Source: Steroidobacteraceae bacterium (lineage in GTDB: Bacteria; Pseudomonadota; Gammaproteobacteria; Steroidobacterales; Steroidobacteraceae). From it: a stretch of DNA of 64,000 bases. The notes beneath the pieces are model-generated. The model was not told the DNA's origin and searched no databases. It worked only from the letters and a program-made list of their open reading frames with translations. The translations under genes were made by a program, and so were the position numbers. Positions 43,166-53,156 of the stretch are shown here, in pieces (within the stretch, counting starts at the first letter, position 1; each line of letters opens with the position of its first letter). The stretch covers positions 105,665-169,664 of the forward strand of contig JABAQU010000015.1 in the NCBI GenBank assembly GCA_019187185.1. The letters are read 5' to 3'.

Positions 43166-44242
43166 ATGGCGGGACTTTTCGATCCGCTGCAACTCGGCGA
43201 CATTGCGCTCGCCAACCGCGTGATCATGGCACCTATGACGCGATCGCGGGCGAGTGCCGACGCGGTACCGACCCCGATCATGGTGGAGTACTACCGGCAG
43301 CGCGCGAGCGCCGGGCTCATCGTCTCCGAAGGCATCGCGCCGTCGCGCCACGGGATCGGCTACTGCCGCACGCCGGGCATCTACAACGATGCGCAGGTCG
43401 CCGTCTGGCGCCAGGTCACCGATGCGGTGCACGCGGCAGGCGGACGCATCGTTGCGCAGCTGATGCACTGTGGCCGCGTGGGGTCTCATTTCAACAAGGC
43501 GCCCGATGCGGAAACGGTGGCGCCGTCCGCGGTGCGCGCCGCGGGCAGCATCTTCACCGATGTGGCCGGCATGCAGGAGCAGGACATGCCGCGCGCCCTG
43601 GCACTCGGGGAGATCCCGGATGTGGTCGGTGAGTACGCCACCGCGACACGCCTCGCGATCCAGGCGGGCTTCGATGGCGTGGAACTGCATTGCACGAGCG
43701 GCTACCTGCCGATGCAGTTCATGGCGACGAACAGCAACCTGCGCACGGATGGCTATGGCGGCTCGGCGCGGAACCGTGTCCGCTTCGTGATCGAGACGCT
43801 CGAAGCGATGACGCAGGAGGCCCGCGGACGGGTCGGCATGCGCATCTGCCCCGGCAACCCGTTCAACGACGTCCTCGATCCGGATCCGGCGGCGACCTAT
43901 CAGGCGCTGCTGTCCGGCAGCGCCGGGCTGCAGCTCGCCTACCTGCACGTGATTCGCTCGCCGCTGCGCAGCCTCGATGCGTTCGCACTTGCGCGCGAGC
44001 ACTTCGGCGGTGCACTCATCCTCAACGACGGCTTCGATGGTGCCAGGGCATCGAAGGCGCTCGCCGAGGGCCGGGGCGCGGCGGTCTCGTTCGCGCGTCA
44101 TTACATCGGCAATCCGGATCTCGTGCACCGGTTGCGCGAGGGCCTGCCGCTCGCGGCCTTCGACCCGAAGTCGCTCTATACGCCGGGGCAGGCCGGCTAC
44201 ACCGACTATCCGCGCGCCGACACAGCCACCGCCCCGTCGTGA
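43166..44242 (+). CDS. Old Yellow Enzyme family alkene reductase (NADH:flavin oxidoreductase)
   Basis: 358 aa from ATG 43166. LANRVIMAPMTRSRA, GFDGVELHCTSGYL, RTDGYGGS. Confidence 0.9.
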   Translation: MAGLFDPLQLGDIALANRVIMAPMTRSRASADAVPTPIMVEYYRQRASAGLIVSEGIAPSRHGIGYCRTPGIYNDAQVAVWRQVTDAVHAAGGRIVAQLMHCGRVGSHFNKAPDAETVAPSAVRAAGSIFTDVAGMQEQDMPRALALGEIPDVVGEYATATRLAIQAGFDGVELHCTSGYLPMQFMATNSNLRTDGYGGSARNRVRFVIETLEAMTQEARGRVGMRICPGNPFNDVLDPDPAATYQALLSGSAGLQLAYLHVIRSPLRSLDAFALAREHFGGALILNDGFDGARASKALAEGRGAAVSFARHYIGNPDLVHRLREGLPLAAFDPKSLYTPGQAGYTDYPRADTATAPS

Positions 44243-44381
44243 GTTCGACGGCAAGGCGCGTCTCCACGGGCGGATCGCCGAGGGTTGCCGGGTCCCGATA
44301 CCGGGCGGTGCGCCCCGGGCTCGCGCCAGGGGACCAGCGCGGCCTCTGGCCCGGTCTATCTCGTGGGTCTTTTCCGGGCTG

Positions 44382-44936
44382 ATGGCAATGCGTTGCAACG
44401 AGACCACGCGCAAGCGGCTGGCCTCCTGGTTCGGCCAGTGGGCGAAGCCCCTGCGCCAGCATCTCGCGCTGCGCGGCAGGCTGTCGCCCGCCGACGCCGA
44501 TGATGTCGCGCAGGAGGTGTTCCTGCGCCTGCTGCGGTATGAGCGGTCGGAACTCGTGAGTCACCCGCAGGCCTACCTGTTCAAGATCGCCGCAAATGTG
44601 CTGGCGGAATGGTCGACACGTGCACGCTGGAAGCAACCACACGCATCGGAATGGCTGGGTGACCTCACGGACGAGCGGGACCCGGCACATGAATTTGCCC
44701 GAACGGACGAGCACTCCACCATGAGGAGTGCCATAGCGGGCCTGCCGGGGCGCGCGCGGGAGATCCTGCGCCTGCATTACGAAGAGGGGTTGACACACGA
44801 GTCGATTGCACGGCAGCTGGGCATCACGCGGCGGATCGTGAAACGGGATCTCATTCGGGCCTATGCAGAACTGCGCGCCTCGATCGGCGCGCCGACCGCC
44901 GCCGCAGCCTCTGCGGTGTCGAGGAGCACAGCGTGA
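44382..44936 (+). CDS. ECF-type RNA polymerase sigma factor (FecI-like)
   Basis: About 184 aa. Region 2 DADDVAQEVFLRLL and region 4 LTHESIARQLGITRRIVKRDLIRA. Directly followed by a FecR-like gene. Confidence 0.85.
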   Translation: MAMRCNETTRKRLASWFGQWAKPLRQHLALRGRLSPADADDVAQEVFLRLLRYERSELVSHPQAYLFKIAANVLAEWSTRARWKQPHASEWLGDLTDERDPAHEFARTDEHSTMRSAIAGLPGRAREILRLHYEEGLTHESIARQLGITRRIVKRDLIRAYAELRASIGAPTAAAASAVSRSTA

Positions 44937-45988
44937 TGAACACAGGCACGCCGAATGCGGAAGAGCGCCGCCGCGTCGCAGCCGAGCAGGCAGCCGCCTG
45001 GCTCGTGGCACTGCGCGAGGACCGGTTGTCCGCGCACGAGCGCGGCGAGTTCGTCGACTGGCTGCGCGAGTCGCCTGTCCATGTGGCCGAGATGCTGCGG
45101 ATCAGCCAGTTGGATCAGGCACTGGCGGAGTTCGGTGACTGGACGGCACTGCCGGCAGCGACACCAACGCCCGACAATGTCGTGCAGTTGCTGCCGGGCC
45201 CGTCGCGACCGGCGGCGCGTCGCCCGCGGTTTGCGGGATTGACCCGTGCGATTGCGGCGGGACTGGCCATCGTGGTTGTCGCCGGCGGCGGCTGGCTTGC
45301 ACTGAGGGAACAGGGCACGGTCGTGCGCACCCAGCTCGCGGAGCGACGCGAGATGATCCTCGCCGACGGCAGCGCCGTGAGCATTGCCCCGCTGAGCGAA
45401 TTGCGCATCCGGTACACGGCCGACCGACGCTCGATCGAACTGCGCAAGGGGCATGCGCACTTCGACGTGACCCATGACGCGCGACGCCCGTTCGTCGTCG
45501 ATGCGGGCACCGCCACGGTGCAGGCTGTCGGCACGTCGTTCGATGTCGAGCGCGCTCCCGGGAGCGTGCGGGTCACTGTCGTCGAGGGGCGTGTGGCCGT
45601 CACGCAGCAGGAGAAGGGGGCGACGGGCAGTGTGCCTTCACCCGCGACCGTGCCCGCCCGCGTGATGCTCGGGGCGAATGAGGAAATCGTGGTGCCGTCC
45701 CAGGCCCCCATGACTGCAGTGGTGCACCAGGTGAACGCACCGGCACAGGCGGCCTGGACGACAGGGTCACTCGTGTTCGAAGACGAAACCGTGGCCGAAG
45801 TCGTGCGGCGCTTCAATCTGCACAACCAGGCGCAGATCCGGATCCTCGACCCCGAACTCGCCGCTCGCCGCATCAGTGGAACCTTCAGGGCGTCGGATCC
45901 CGAGTCCTTCATCGCATTCATCCACGCGACAAGCGCGTCCCCCGCCGGCGACCGATCCGTTATCCTCGTGGAGCCTCACTCCCGATAA
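44933..45988 (+). CDS. FecR-family transmembrane anti-sigma / signal-transducing protein
   Basis: 351 aa. N-terminal AAEQAAAWLVALRED...FVDWLRESPVHVAEM, one TM segment (AIAAGLAIVVVAGGGWLAL), and a periplasmic FecR domain. Overlaps the sigma-factor stop. Confidence 0.85.
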   Translation: MMNTGTPNAEERRRVAAEQAAAWLVALREDRLSAHERGEFVDWLRESPVHVAEMLRISQLDQALAEFGDWTALPAATPTPDNVVQLLPGPSRPAARRPRFAGLTRAIAAGLAIVVVAGGGWLALREQGTVVRTQLAERREMILADGSAVSIAPLSELRIRYTADRRSIELRKGHAHFDVTHDARRPFVVDAGTATVQAVGTSFDVERAPGSVRVTVVEGRVAVTQQEKGATGSVPSPATVPARVMLGANEEIVVPSQAPMTAVVHQVNAPAQAAWTTGSLVFEDETVAEVVRRFNLHNQAQIRILDPELAARRISGTFRASDPESFIAFIHATSASPAGDRSVILVEPHSR

Positions 45989-46008
45989 GGCCTGGGTCCT
46001 GGGGGACC

Positions 46009-48555
46009 ATGCAGATACGTCGACCGGTCCTATGTTCGTTGCTGAAGCAACTTGCATGGGGATTTCTCGTGATTACAACGTTCGATTCGCCGGCCGCAGC
46101 CGGCTCCGACATGTCCGCTCCCGCATCCCGGATCGTCCATCAGTTCGACGTCCCGGCCGGCGCGCTGGACACGGCCCTGCGCGAACTCGCGCTGCAGGCG
46201 GGCATACAGCTCGCTCATTTCTCGACCGCGATACCGCGCTCGATGCGCACGCCCCGGCTGCAGGGTGCCTATACGCTGGAACAGGCCCTGACGCGGCTGC
46301 TGGATGGAACGGGTCTCGCCTATCGGTTCGCGAACGAGCGAACCGTCGTCATCGTTGCGGCCCGTACACCGGCATCGTCCGCGTTTCCGGCACCATCCCC
46401 GGTGGCCGCGGCACGCGACCAGACGCCACCCGGGAGCCGTACACGCCATTGGCTCGCGCGGCTCGCGGCCTTCTTCGCGGTGTGTGCGCCGGCAACCGGT
46501 ACCGTCTGCGCGCAGGAGAACGGCCCCGCGGCTCTCGAGGAGGTCACGGTGACCGCCCAGCGGCGCGAGGAATCGATGCAGGAGACGCCGATCGCGATCA
46601 CGGCCTTCACCGCCCGTGATCTCGAGACCCAGCGGATCAACAACGTGATGGACTTCGTGAACAAGGCGCCGTCGGTCAATCTCGCGCCCTTCGCCGGCAC
46701 CCGCGTCGCGCCGAACCTCTTCATCCGCGGCATGGGCAACCTCGCCGCGCAGATCACCAAGGACAATGCCACGGGCATCTACATCGACGGCGTGCCCGTC
46801 GGACGCGGCATCGGGCTCGCGGTGGACATCGCCGATCTCGAGCGCGTGGAGTTGCTGCGCGGTCCGCAGGGGACCCTCTGGGGTCGCAACACGACAGCCG
46901 GTGCCATCAACTTCATCACCAAGAAGCCGGAAGACGACCTGTCGTTCGCGGCGCAGCTGACTGCGGGCAGCTGGGATCAGCTGTCCGGCCGCGCGCGAGT
47001 CAACGTGCCGATCACCGACCGCCTGTTCGCGCGCGTCGCCTACATGCGGATGGAGAACGACGGCTGGGTGAAAAACACCAACACGACGCTGCCGAACCAG
47101 ATCAACTTCAACGAAGATCGGGTGAAGGAGGCCTACAAGGCGGCACTGCGCTTCGAGCCGACGGACGCGATCGTCGTCGACTACAGCTTCGACAGTTCGC
47201 GCATGGTCTACGGCAATCACTTCTACCAGATCCTGCAGGGCCCCAACGCGGTCCCGGGCCGGCAGGAATCCGCCAACCGCGTGCGGGGGCTCTACCCGAG
47301 CCGCACGGAGGTTTCCGGGCACAATCTGACCGCGAGCTGGGATCTCGGTGACGTCACGCTGAAGTCGATCAGCGCCTACCGTGATCTCGACAGCTCGACG
47401 AACATGAACTACGTCGACATCTTCACGCAGGACAACAACCAGGGTCAGCACCAGTTCTCGCAGGAACTGCAACTGATCGGTGATGCGCTGGGCCGGGTCA
47501 GCTATGTGCTGGGCCTCTTCTACTTCGAGGAGGGCGCCCACGAAGCGCTCGCGTCGAACTTTGCCGGCGGCGCACTGGTCGATTACTGGCGCGTGAAGGC
47601 CAAGGGCACGTCGGCTGCCGTGTACGGGCAGGCCAAGTGGACCCCGCCGGTGCTCGACGATCGCCTCGGCGTCACGCTCGGCATGCGCTATACGGAAGAT
47701 TCGCGCAAGGCCACCAAGGACTACGTGAACCCGGGCTTCACGCCGGCCATCACCGGGCTCGTGGTCTCGGGCGATCGCGATTTCAGCTCGTTCGATCCCG
47801 CGGTGAGCCTCGAGTACGCATTCACCGGCACGATCAACGGCTACGCGAAGTATTCCACGGGCTACCGCGCCGGCGGATTCAGCACGCAGAGCACGCCGGC
47901 CTATTTCGGGCCCGGCTTCAACGAGGAGAACGTCAAGGCCTGGGAAGTCGGCCTCAAGTCCGACCTGCTCGCGCGGCGCCTGCGCGTCAATGTCGCGGCC
48001 TTCCGCAGCAAGTACAGCGACCTGCAGGTCGACCAGGCCCGCACGCCGCCGATCTTCGTCGATACGCTCAACGCGGGCAGTGCGACGGTGAAGGGCGTGG
48101 AACTCGAGACCACGGCAGTGCTCGCGCGCGGCCTGACCGCGAATCTCTTCTACTCCTGGCTCGACGGCGAGTACCAGTCGTATGTCGACAACGGCGTGGA
48201 ACTCGCGGCCGTGCGGCACATGCAGAACGCGCCGCGCTACCAGGTCGGCGCGGGCGTCGAGTACGCGTTCCCGCCGCTGCCGATCGGCAACTTCATCCTG
48301 AATGTCGATTACCACAAGCAGGACGAGTTCTACGCGGGCCCGATCGCCAATACGCTCTCGCCGGGTTACGACGTGTGGAACGCGCGCCTCGAGCTCGCCG
48401 ACATCCCCGTGCCGCACGGCTCATTGCGCGTGGCGGCCTGGGGCAAGAACCTCGCCGACGAGATCTATCGATACTCGACGACGAACCTCGGCGTGATCAG
48501 CGCGCAGTTCGCGCCGCCGCGCTCGGCGGGCGTGGATCTCGTCTATGAGTTCTGA
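46009..48555 (+). CDS. TonB-dependent receptor with N-terminal STN signalling domain (FecA-type transducer)
   Basis: 848 aa. STN domain (FDVPAGALDTALRELALQAGIQL...LLDGTGLAYRF), plug (EEVTVTAQRREESMQETPIAITAF), and C-terminal GVDLVYEF. Confidence 0.9.
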   Translation: MQIRRPVLCSLLKQLAWGFLVITTFDSPAAAGSDMSAPASRIVHQFDVPAGALDTALRELALQAGIQLAHFSTAIPRSMRTPRLQGAYTLEQALTRLLDGTGLAYRFANERTVVIVAARTPASSAFPAPSPVAAARDQTPPGSRTRHWLARLAAFFAVCAPATGTVCAQENGPAALEEVTVTAQRREESMQETPIAITAFTARDLETQRINNVMDFVNKAPSVNLAPFAGTRVAPNLFIRGMGNLAAQITKDNATGIYIDGVPVGRGIGLAVDIADLERVELLRGPQGTLWGRNTTAGAINFITKKPEDDLSFAAQLTAGSWDQLSGRARVNVPITDRLFARVAYMRMENDGWVKNTNTTLPNQINFNEDRVKEAYKAALRFEPTDAIVVDYSFDSSRMVYGNHFYQILQGPNAVPGRQESANRVRGLYPSRTEVSGHNLTASWDLGDVTLKSISAYRDLDSSTNMNYVDIFTQDNNQGQHQFSQELQLIGDALGRVSYVLGLFYFEEGAHEALASNFAGGALVDYWRVKAKGTSAAVYGQAKWTPPVLDDRLGVTLGMRYTEDSRKATKDYVNPGFTPAITGLVVSGDRDFSSFDPAVSLEYAFTGTINGYAKYSTGYRAGGFSTQSTPAYFGPGFNEENVKAWEVGLKSDLLARRLRVNVAAFRSKYSDLQVDQARTPPIFVDTLNAGSATVKGVELETTAVLARGLTANLFYSWLDGEYQSYVDNGVELAAVRHMQNAPRYQVGAGVEYAFPPLPIGNFILNVDYHKQDEFYAGPIANTLSPGYDVWNARLELADIPVPHGSLRVAAWGKNLADEIYRYSTTNLGVISAQFAPPRSAGVDLVYEF

Positions 48556-49863
48556 GTGAGCGCCGGGGGCGAACCCGGCAGCGCGGCGCCCGCAAGGGCG
48601 CCTGCGCAGGCAATCTCCGGGGGCTACGCCGGCTATGTGCTGGCGTTGCTCACGCTCGTGTACGTGGTGAGCTTCATCGATCGGCAGATCCTCGCGATGC
48701 TGATCGAGCCCATCAAGCGCGAGTTCGGTGTCTCGGACACCGCGATGGGCCTGCTGACCGGGTTCGCCTTCGTCCTTTTCTATACCCTCGCAGGCATTCC
48801 GATTGCGCGGCTCGCCGATCGCGCCTCGCGCAAGGGTATCATCACGCTGTCGCTCGCGGCATGGAGCATCATGACCGCGGCATCCGGACTGGTCAGGAGC
48901 TTCGCGCAGCTCGCGACCATCCGGGTGTTCGTCGGCGTCGGCGAAGCGGGGTGCAACCCTTCCGCGCATTCGCTGATCTCGGACTATTTTCCGCCGCAGC
49001 GGCGGGCGACGGCGTTGTCCGTGTACGCCTGCGGCGTGTTCATCGGCTCCGCCATCGCGTTTCTCGCGGGCGGCTGGCTCCTGACGAGGTACGACTGGCG
49101 GACAGCGTTCTTCGTGGCCGGCCTGCCGGGGCTCCTGCTGGCCATCCTCGTCGGGCTCACCGTGCGCGAGCTGCCGCGCGGGCACGCCGAGGGGCGTGCC
49201 GGGGCCGTCGCACCGGCACCATTGCGCGAGGTCGTGCGTTTCCTGCTCGCACGCCGCGCCTTCGTGCTGATCGTGATCGGCACCGCGATCCAGTCGCTGT
49301 CAGGCTATGCCGTCATCAACTGGGGGCCTGCTTTCCTGGCACGCGTCTACGGGATGTCGTGGAGCGAAATTGGCGCGGGCCTCGGCTGGGTCATCGGCAT
49401 CGGCGGCACGTTCGGTGCGCTCGCCGGCGGCCGGCTCGCGGATTACATGGGTCGGCGTGATGCGCGCTGGTACATGCGGCTGCCGGCGCTGCAGTGCCTG
49501 CTCGCGGTACCGTTCGTCGTCGGCTTCACGATTCTCGAGGAGCCCTCGCTCGCGCTCGTCTCCTTCATCCCGTTCTATACGCTGACGGCGATGTATGTCG
49601 GCCCGATGTTCGCGATGGTGCAGGGGCTCGTCGAGCTGCGGATGCGGGCCACCGCGGCGGCGATCATGCTGTTCATCACCAACATGGTCGGGCTGGGTCT
49701 GGGACCGCTGGTGGTGGGTCTGCTGAACGACCACGTATTCGGTGCGGTGTACGGCGTGGCCGGGATCCGCTATTCGCTCCTGACAGTGGGGCTCCTCGGC
49801 GGGACCTCGAGTGTCTTCTTTTGGGCGGCTTCACGCCGCCTGCGCGACGAACTCCTGACCTGA
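48556..49863 (+). CDS. MFS transporter (Spinster-like MFS_1)
   Basis: 435 aa. GTG start immediately after the receptor stop. VSFIDRQILAMLIEPIKREFGVSDTAMGLL, RVFVGVGEAGCNPSAHSLISDYFP. About 12 hydrophobic segments. Confidence 0.85.
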   Translation: MSAGGEPGSAAPARAPAQAISGGYAGYVLALLTLVYVVSFIDRQILAMLIEPIKREFGVSDTAMGLLTGFAFVLFYTLAGIPIARLADRASRKGIITLSLAAWSIMTAASGLVRSFAQLATIRVFVGVGEAGCNPSAHSLISDYFPPQRRATALSVYACGVFIGSAIAFLAGGWLLTRYDWRTAFFVAGLPGLLLAILVGLTVRELPRGHAEGRAGAVAPAPLREVVRFLLARRAFVLIVIGTAIQSLSGYAVINWGPAFLARVYGMSWSEIGAGLGWVIGIGGTFGALAGGRLADYMGRRDARWYMRLPALQCLLAVPFVVGFTILEEPSLALVSFIPFYTLTAMYVGPMFAMVQGLVELRMRATAAAIMLFITNMVGLGLGPLVVGLLNDHVFGAVYGVAGIRYSLLTVGLLGGTSSVFFWAASRRLRDELLT

Positions 49864-49890
49864 TCCCACCCCGCGATCGGGGTGGGATCA
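49861..49890. terminator. perfect 12-13 bp GC-rich hairpin between convergent genes (TGATCCCACCCC-GCGATC-GGGGTGGGATCA)
   Basis: Read directly from the sequence. Begins at the MFS stop codon and ends 10 nt before the stop of the convergent receptor gene. Followed by GTCTTTGTG on the + strand. Confidence 0.6.
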
Positions 49891-49900
49891 GTCTTTGTGC

Positions 49901-52150
49901 CTACCAGCGATACGTGAAGGTGGCCCCGTACGTCCGCGGTTCCTGGAAGTACGCCAGCGTGTAGTTCGAGAAGAACCCCGGCCCGAAGTCGATGAAGTTC
50001 ACCGGCTGCTGCTCGTCGGTCACGTTGCGCGACCAGAGCGAGAGCTCGCCTTGCCCGTTGCCGAGCGGCATGTCCGCCAGCAGGAGCTTCACGTTGAGGA
50101 GGCCCATGCCCTCGACACGGGTGTTGCCCGCCGTGGCGCGCGTCGGGTCGATCGTGACCAGCTGGTACGGGTACGCGTAGAAGGACGACGTGTAGCCATA
50201 GTCCGCGATGCCACGCAGCTCGCCCCACGACGTCTGCGCAAACTTCGCATCGGCGAGCAGGCTGATCGTGTGTTCGGGTGCGTGCGGGTACGAGCGGTTG
50301 TCCGCGACGTTCGTGATAGGCTGGCCCGGCGTCGGCGCTTCCATGAACTCGATCCACTTGGCATCGAGATAGCCATAGCTCAGCTGCAGGCGCAGTGCCT
50401 CGACGGGCAGCCACGTCGCTTCGAGCTCGGCACCCTGCGTGCGCGCCTCGCCCGCGTTGCGGATCACGGACACGCCCGGCAGTCCGGTGAAGCGGTTGAC
50501 GTGCATGTTCTCGATGTCGTTCCTGAACACCGCCGCATTGATCTGCAGGTGACCGTCGTCCGAGGCGAACTTCGCCCCGAGTTCCCAGGTCTTCTGCTCC
50601 TCGGGCTGGTACGGAATCACCGCCTCCGCCGCCGTGCCGGCCTCACCCTGGAACCCGCCGCTCTTGAAGCCCTCGGCATACCTGGCGTACACGTTCAGGT
50701 TGTCGAGCACCTTGTAGGACAGGCTGGCCATCGGGGTCGTGTCCGAAAACGACTTGCTGGCCGTGACTCGCGGGATCGGCGTGCCAAAGCCCGTCACGGT
50801 CTTGTAGCGCAGCGTGTGCTTGTCCTCGTCGGTCCAGCGCAGGCCGGCCGAGAGCGTCAGGGCCGGCGTGATCTCGAAATCGAGCTGCGAGTAGGCAGCC
50901 ACGGCTTCGGCGCCGAAGCCATATTCGGAGCTGTCCGTACCGAAGAAGAACACGTGCGGGTTGATCGTGTAACCGTCATCCTTGTAGTAGTAGAGGCCGA
51001 GCACGTAATTCAGCCGGTCCGTGCTGCCGATCCACTGCAGTTCCTGCGACTTCTGGTTGAAGCGGGAGATGCGATTCGCCGTCGCGATCGTCAGCGGCAC
51101 ACCGTCGAGATCGACGGAGTCGTCGTTCTCGAGGTCGCGGTACGAGCTGATCGACTTCACGGTGTTGCGGTCGTTGATGGTCCATTCGAGCGTGAGCGCG
51201 TGGCCCGTCAGCGTGAGTTGCTCGTAGCCCGGCCAGTTGGTGCTCACGGTGCCGAGGCGATCCGTCGATGCGTAGGCGGCCGCGGCGGTGAACAACGGGT
51301 TCGTCGACGCCGAGACGCGATACAGCTGGCTGTGAGGCGGCTCCTGGTCGATGTCCGTGTAATCGAACCGGTAGTCGGCGACGAAGTTGTCGCTGAAATC
51401 GAGGGCGAGCGCGAATCGGGCACCGAGCTTGTTGCGGCTGTCGAGATCGGTGCCGGGGCTGCCCGGCGTCAGCTTCACGAGCCCGTCCCGATCTTCGGAG
51501 CGCACACCGAACGACATGCGGGCGATACCGAGCCGCGGCAGGTCGATCGACAGCTTCTCGACGTGATGGCCGTAGTTGCCGACCTCTGCGGACGCATGAC
51601 CCTGGAATTCGCCGCTCGGCGCGTGCGTGATGAAATTGACCGCGCCGGCCATCGTGTTGCGACCGTACAGCGTTCCCTGCGGTCCGCGCAGCACTTCGAT
51701 GCGTTCGATGTCGACCACGTCGAACACCGATCCGACGGCCTTGCCGAGGTACACGCCGTCGAGGTACAGGCCGGTGCTCGGCTCCCAGTACATCGCGCCG
51801 TTGACGGTCACGCCGCCGCGGATCGCGATCTGGGACACGACATTGCTGTTCGGATACCGGCTCACCATCAGGTTCGGCACCATCGCCTTCAGGTCGAGCA
51901 GCGTGTTGACGCCACGGGCCTCGATCTGGTCGGTCGAGATGGCGCTGATCGCGATCGGCACGTCCTGCAGAGCCTGCTCGCGCTTCTGCGCCGTGACCAT
52001 CACTTCCTCGAGCACACCCTCCGTGGAGTCGGCGGCGGCTTGCTGGGTCGCTTCCTGCGCGAGCGCCGGCGCGGCGCCCCATGCGACAACGCCCGCAAGG
52101 AGCGCAGCGGCAGTCGCCGGCGCGCGAGCGTCAACTCTGAACTCGGACAT
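49901..52150 (-). CDS. TonB-dependent receptor (no STN domain)
   Basis: 749 aa from ATG 52150. Signal peptide ending AAPALAQE, plug EEVMVTAQKREQALQDVPIAISAI, C-terminal GATFTYRW. Confidence 0.9.
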   Translation of the reverse strand: MSEFRVDARAPATAAALLAGVVAWGAAPALAQEATQQAAADSTEGVLEEVMVTAQKREQALQDVPIAISAISTDQIEARGVNTLLDLKAMVPNLMVSRYPNSNVVSQIAIRGGVTVNGAMYWEPSTGLYLDGVYLGKAVGSVFDVVDIERIEVLRGPQGTLYGRNTMAGAVNFITHAPSGEFQGHASAEVGNYGHHVEKLSIDLPRLGIARMSFGVRSEDRDGLVKLTPGSPGTDLDSRNKLGARFALALDFSDNFVADYRFDYTDIDQEPPHSQLYRVSASTNPLFTAAAAYASTDRLGTVSTNWPGYEQLTLTGHALTLEWTINDRNTVKSISSYRDLENDDSVDLDGVPLTIATANRISRFNQKSQELQWIGSTDRLNYVLGLYYYKDDGYTINPHVFFFGTDSSEYGFGAEAVAAYSQLDFEITPALTLSAGLRWTDEDKHTLRYKTVTGFGTPIPRVTASKSFSDTTPMASLSYKVLDNLNVYARYAEGFKSGGFQGEAGTAAEAVIPYQPEEQKTWELGAKFASDDGHLQINAAVFRNDIENMHVNRFTGLPGVSVIRNAGEARTQGAELEATWLPVEALRLQLSYGYLDAKWIEFMEAPTPGQPITNVADNRSYPHAPEHTISLLADAKFAQTSWGELRGIADYGYTSSFYAYPYQLVTIDPTRATAGNTRVEGMGLLNVKLLLADMPLGNGQGELSLWSRNVTDEQQPVNFIDFGPGFFSNYTLAYFQEPRTYGATFTYRW

Positions 52151-52269
52151 CTGGAGGCCTCTCGTCGGTGGGTATGGACGGCAGCGGACTCTACAGGGGG
52201 TCACCCACCGGGCGATATCATCCAAATGGACGAATGCGGTGCATCAGCCTCCCGCGGGCGGGGCAAGAG

Positions 52270-53019
52270 TCAATTCGCGGTCTGGCCCCCGTCGACAGGC
52301 AGTGCGATGCCGGTAATGCGCCGGGCCTCGTCGCAGGCGAGGAAGGCGACGGCGTCGGCGATGTCCGGCGGCTCGCAGGGCTCGCCGCCGTTCAGCCACG
52401 GTGCCGATCGCGTGAGGAGCGCGTAGTCCACGCCCTCGGGCGGTGGGCCCATGACCATCGGGGTCTGCACCTTGGTCGGGCAGATCGCATTGACACGCAC
52501 GCCAGCCGCAGCAAATTCCAGTGCGAGCGCGCGGGTGAGACCCACGACCCCGTGCTTCGAGGCGACATAGGGCGCACCGTAGGGTACCCCGACGAGGCCG
52601 GCCGACGAGGCGAGATTGACGATGCAGCCTTTCGTCTCGACGAGTTTCGGCAGCGCGGCCTGGCACATGAAAAACGTGCCGCTCAGGTTGATGCGCAGGA
52701 TGCGATTCCACTCCTCCGGCGTGATCGCGGCGACCGGCGCGAGGCGCAGCACGCCTGCAACATTGCAAAGGACGTCGACACGGCCGGTCGACTCGACTGC
52801 CAGCCGCACGATTGCCGCGCAGTCTGCCGGGTTCGAGACGTCGAAGGCGTGCGCGAGCGCGACATCACCGAGTTCGGCCTTGACGTTCGTCAAGCCGGCG
52901 GCATTGATGTCTCCCAGCACGACCCGGGCACCTTCGCGCGCAAAGCGCACCGCCACCGCATGGCCGATGCCCGAAGCGGCACCCGTGACAATCACTGTCC
53001 TGCCCTGAAACCGCGACAT
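52270..53019 (-). CDS. short-chain dehydrogenase/reductase (SDR)
   Basis: 249 aa from ATG 53019; alternative start at 53034. VIVTGAASGIGHA, NVAG, YVASKHG. Confidence 0.85.
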   Translation of the reverse strand: MSRFQGRTVIVTGAASGIGHAVAVRFAREGARVVLGDINAAGLTNVKAELGDVALAHAFDVSNPADCAAIVRLAVESTGRVDVLCNVAGVLRLAPVAAITPEEWNRILRINLSGTFFMCQAALPKLVETKGCIVNLASSAGLVGVPYGAPYVASKHGVVGLTRALALEFAAAGVRVNAICPTKVQTPMVMGPPPEGVDYALLTRSAPWLNGGEPCEPPDIADAVAFLACDEARRITGIALPVDGGQTAN

Positions 53020-53156
53020 GCCACGCTGCTCCATTGCGCGGCCGGCGCCGCATCTGCGCAGCATTACGCAGCCGCGAGCACCGCCTGTCAATCGCGTACG
53101 ATTGTGCTGTCGAAGCGGCCGTGCCAGTCTGCACGTGCGAACCGAGGAGGGGATGT

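Noticed and set aside
46030-48417. 795-aa ORF on the minus strand
   Set aside because: It lies antisense to the STN-domain TonB-dependent receptor, whose plug, STN and C-terminal aromatic signatures are unambiguous.
44382-48555. Annotating the sigma / anti-sigma / receptor trio as the ferric-citrate system fecIRA
   Set aside because: Only the architecture is shared. No fecBCDE genes, siderophore genes or visible Fur-box-like sequence are present. The substrate is unknown.
49895-52426. 843-aa ORF on the plus strand
   Set aside because: It lies antisense to the second TonB-dependent receptor, and its composition is Arg/Val/Glu-rich and low-complexity.
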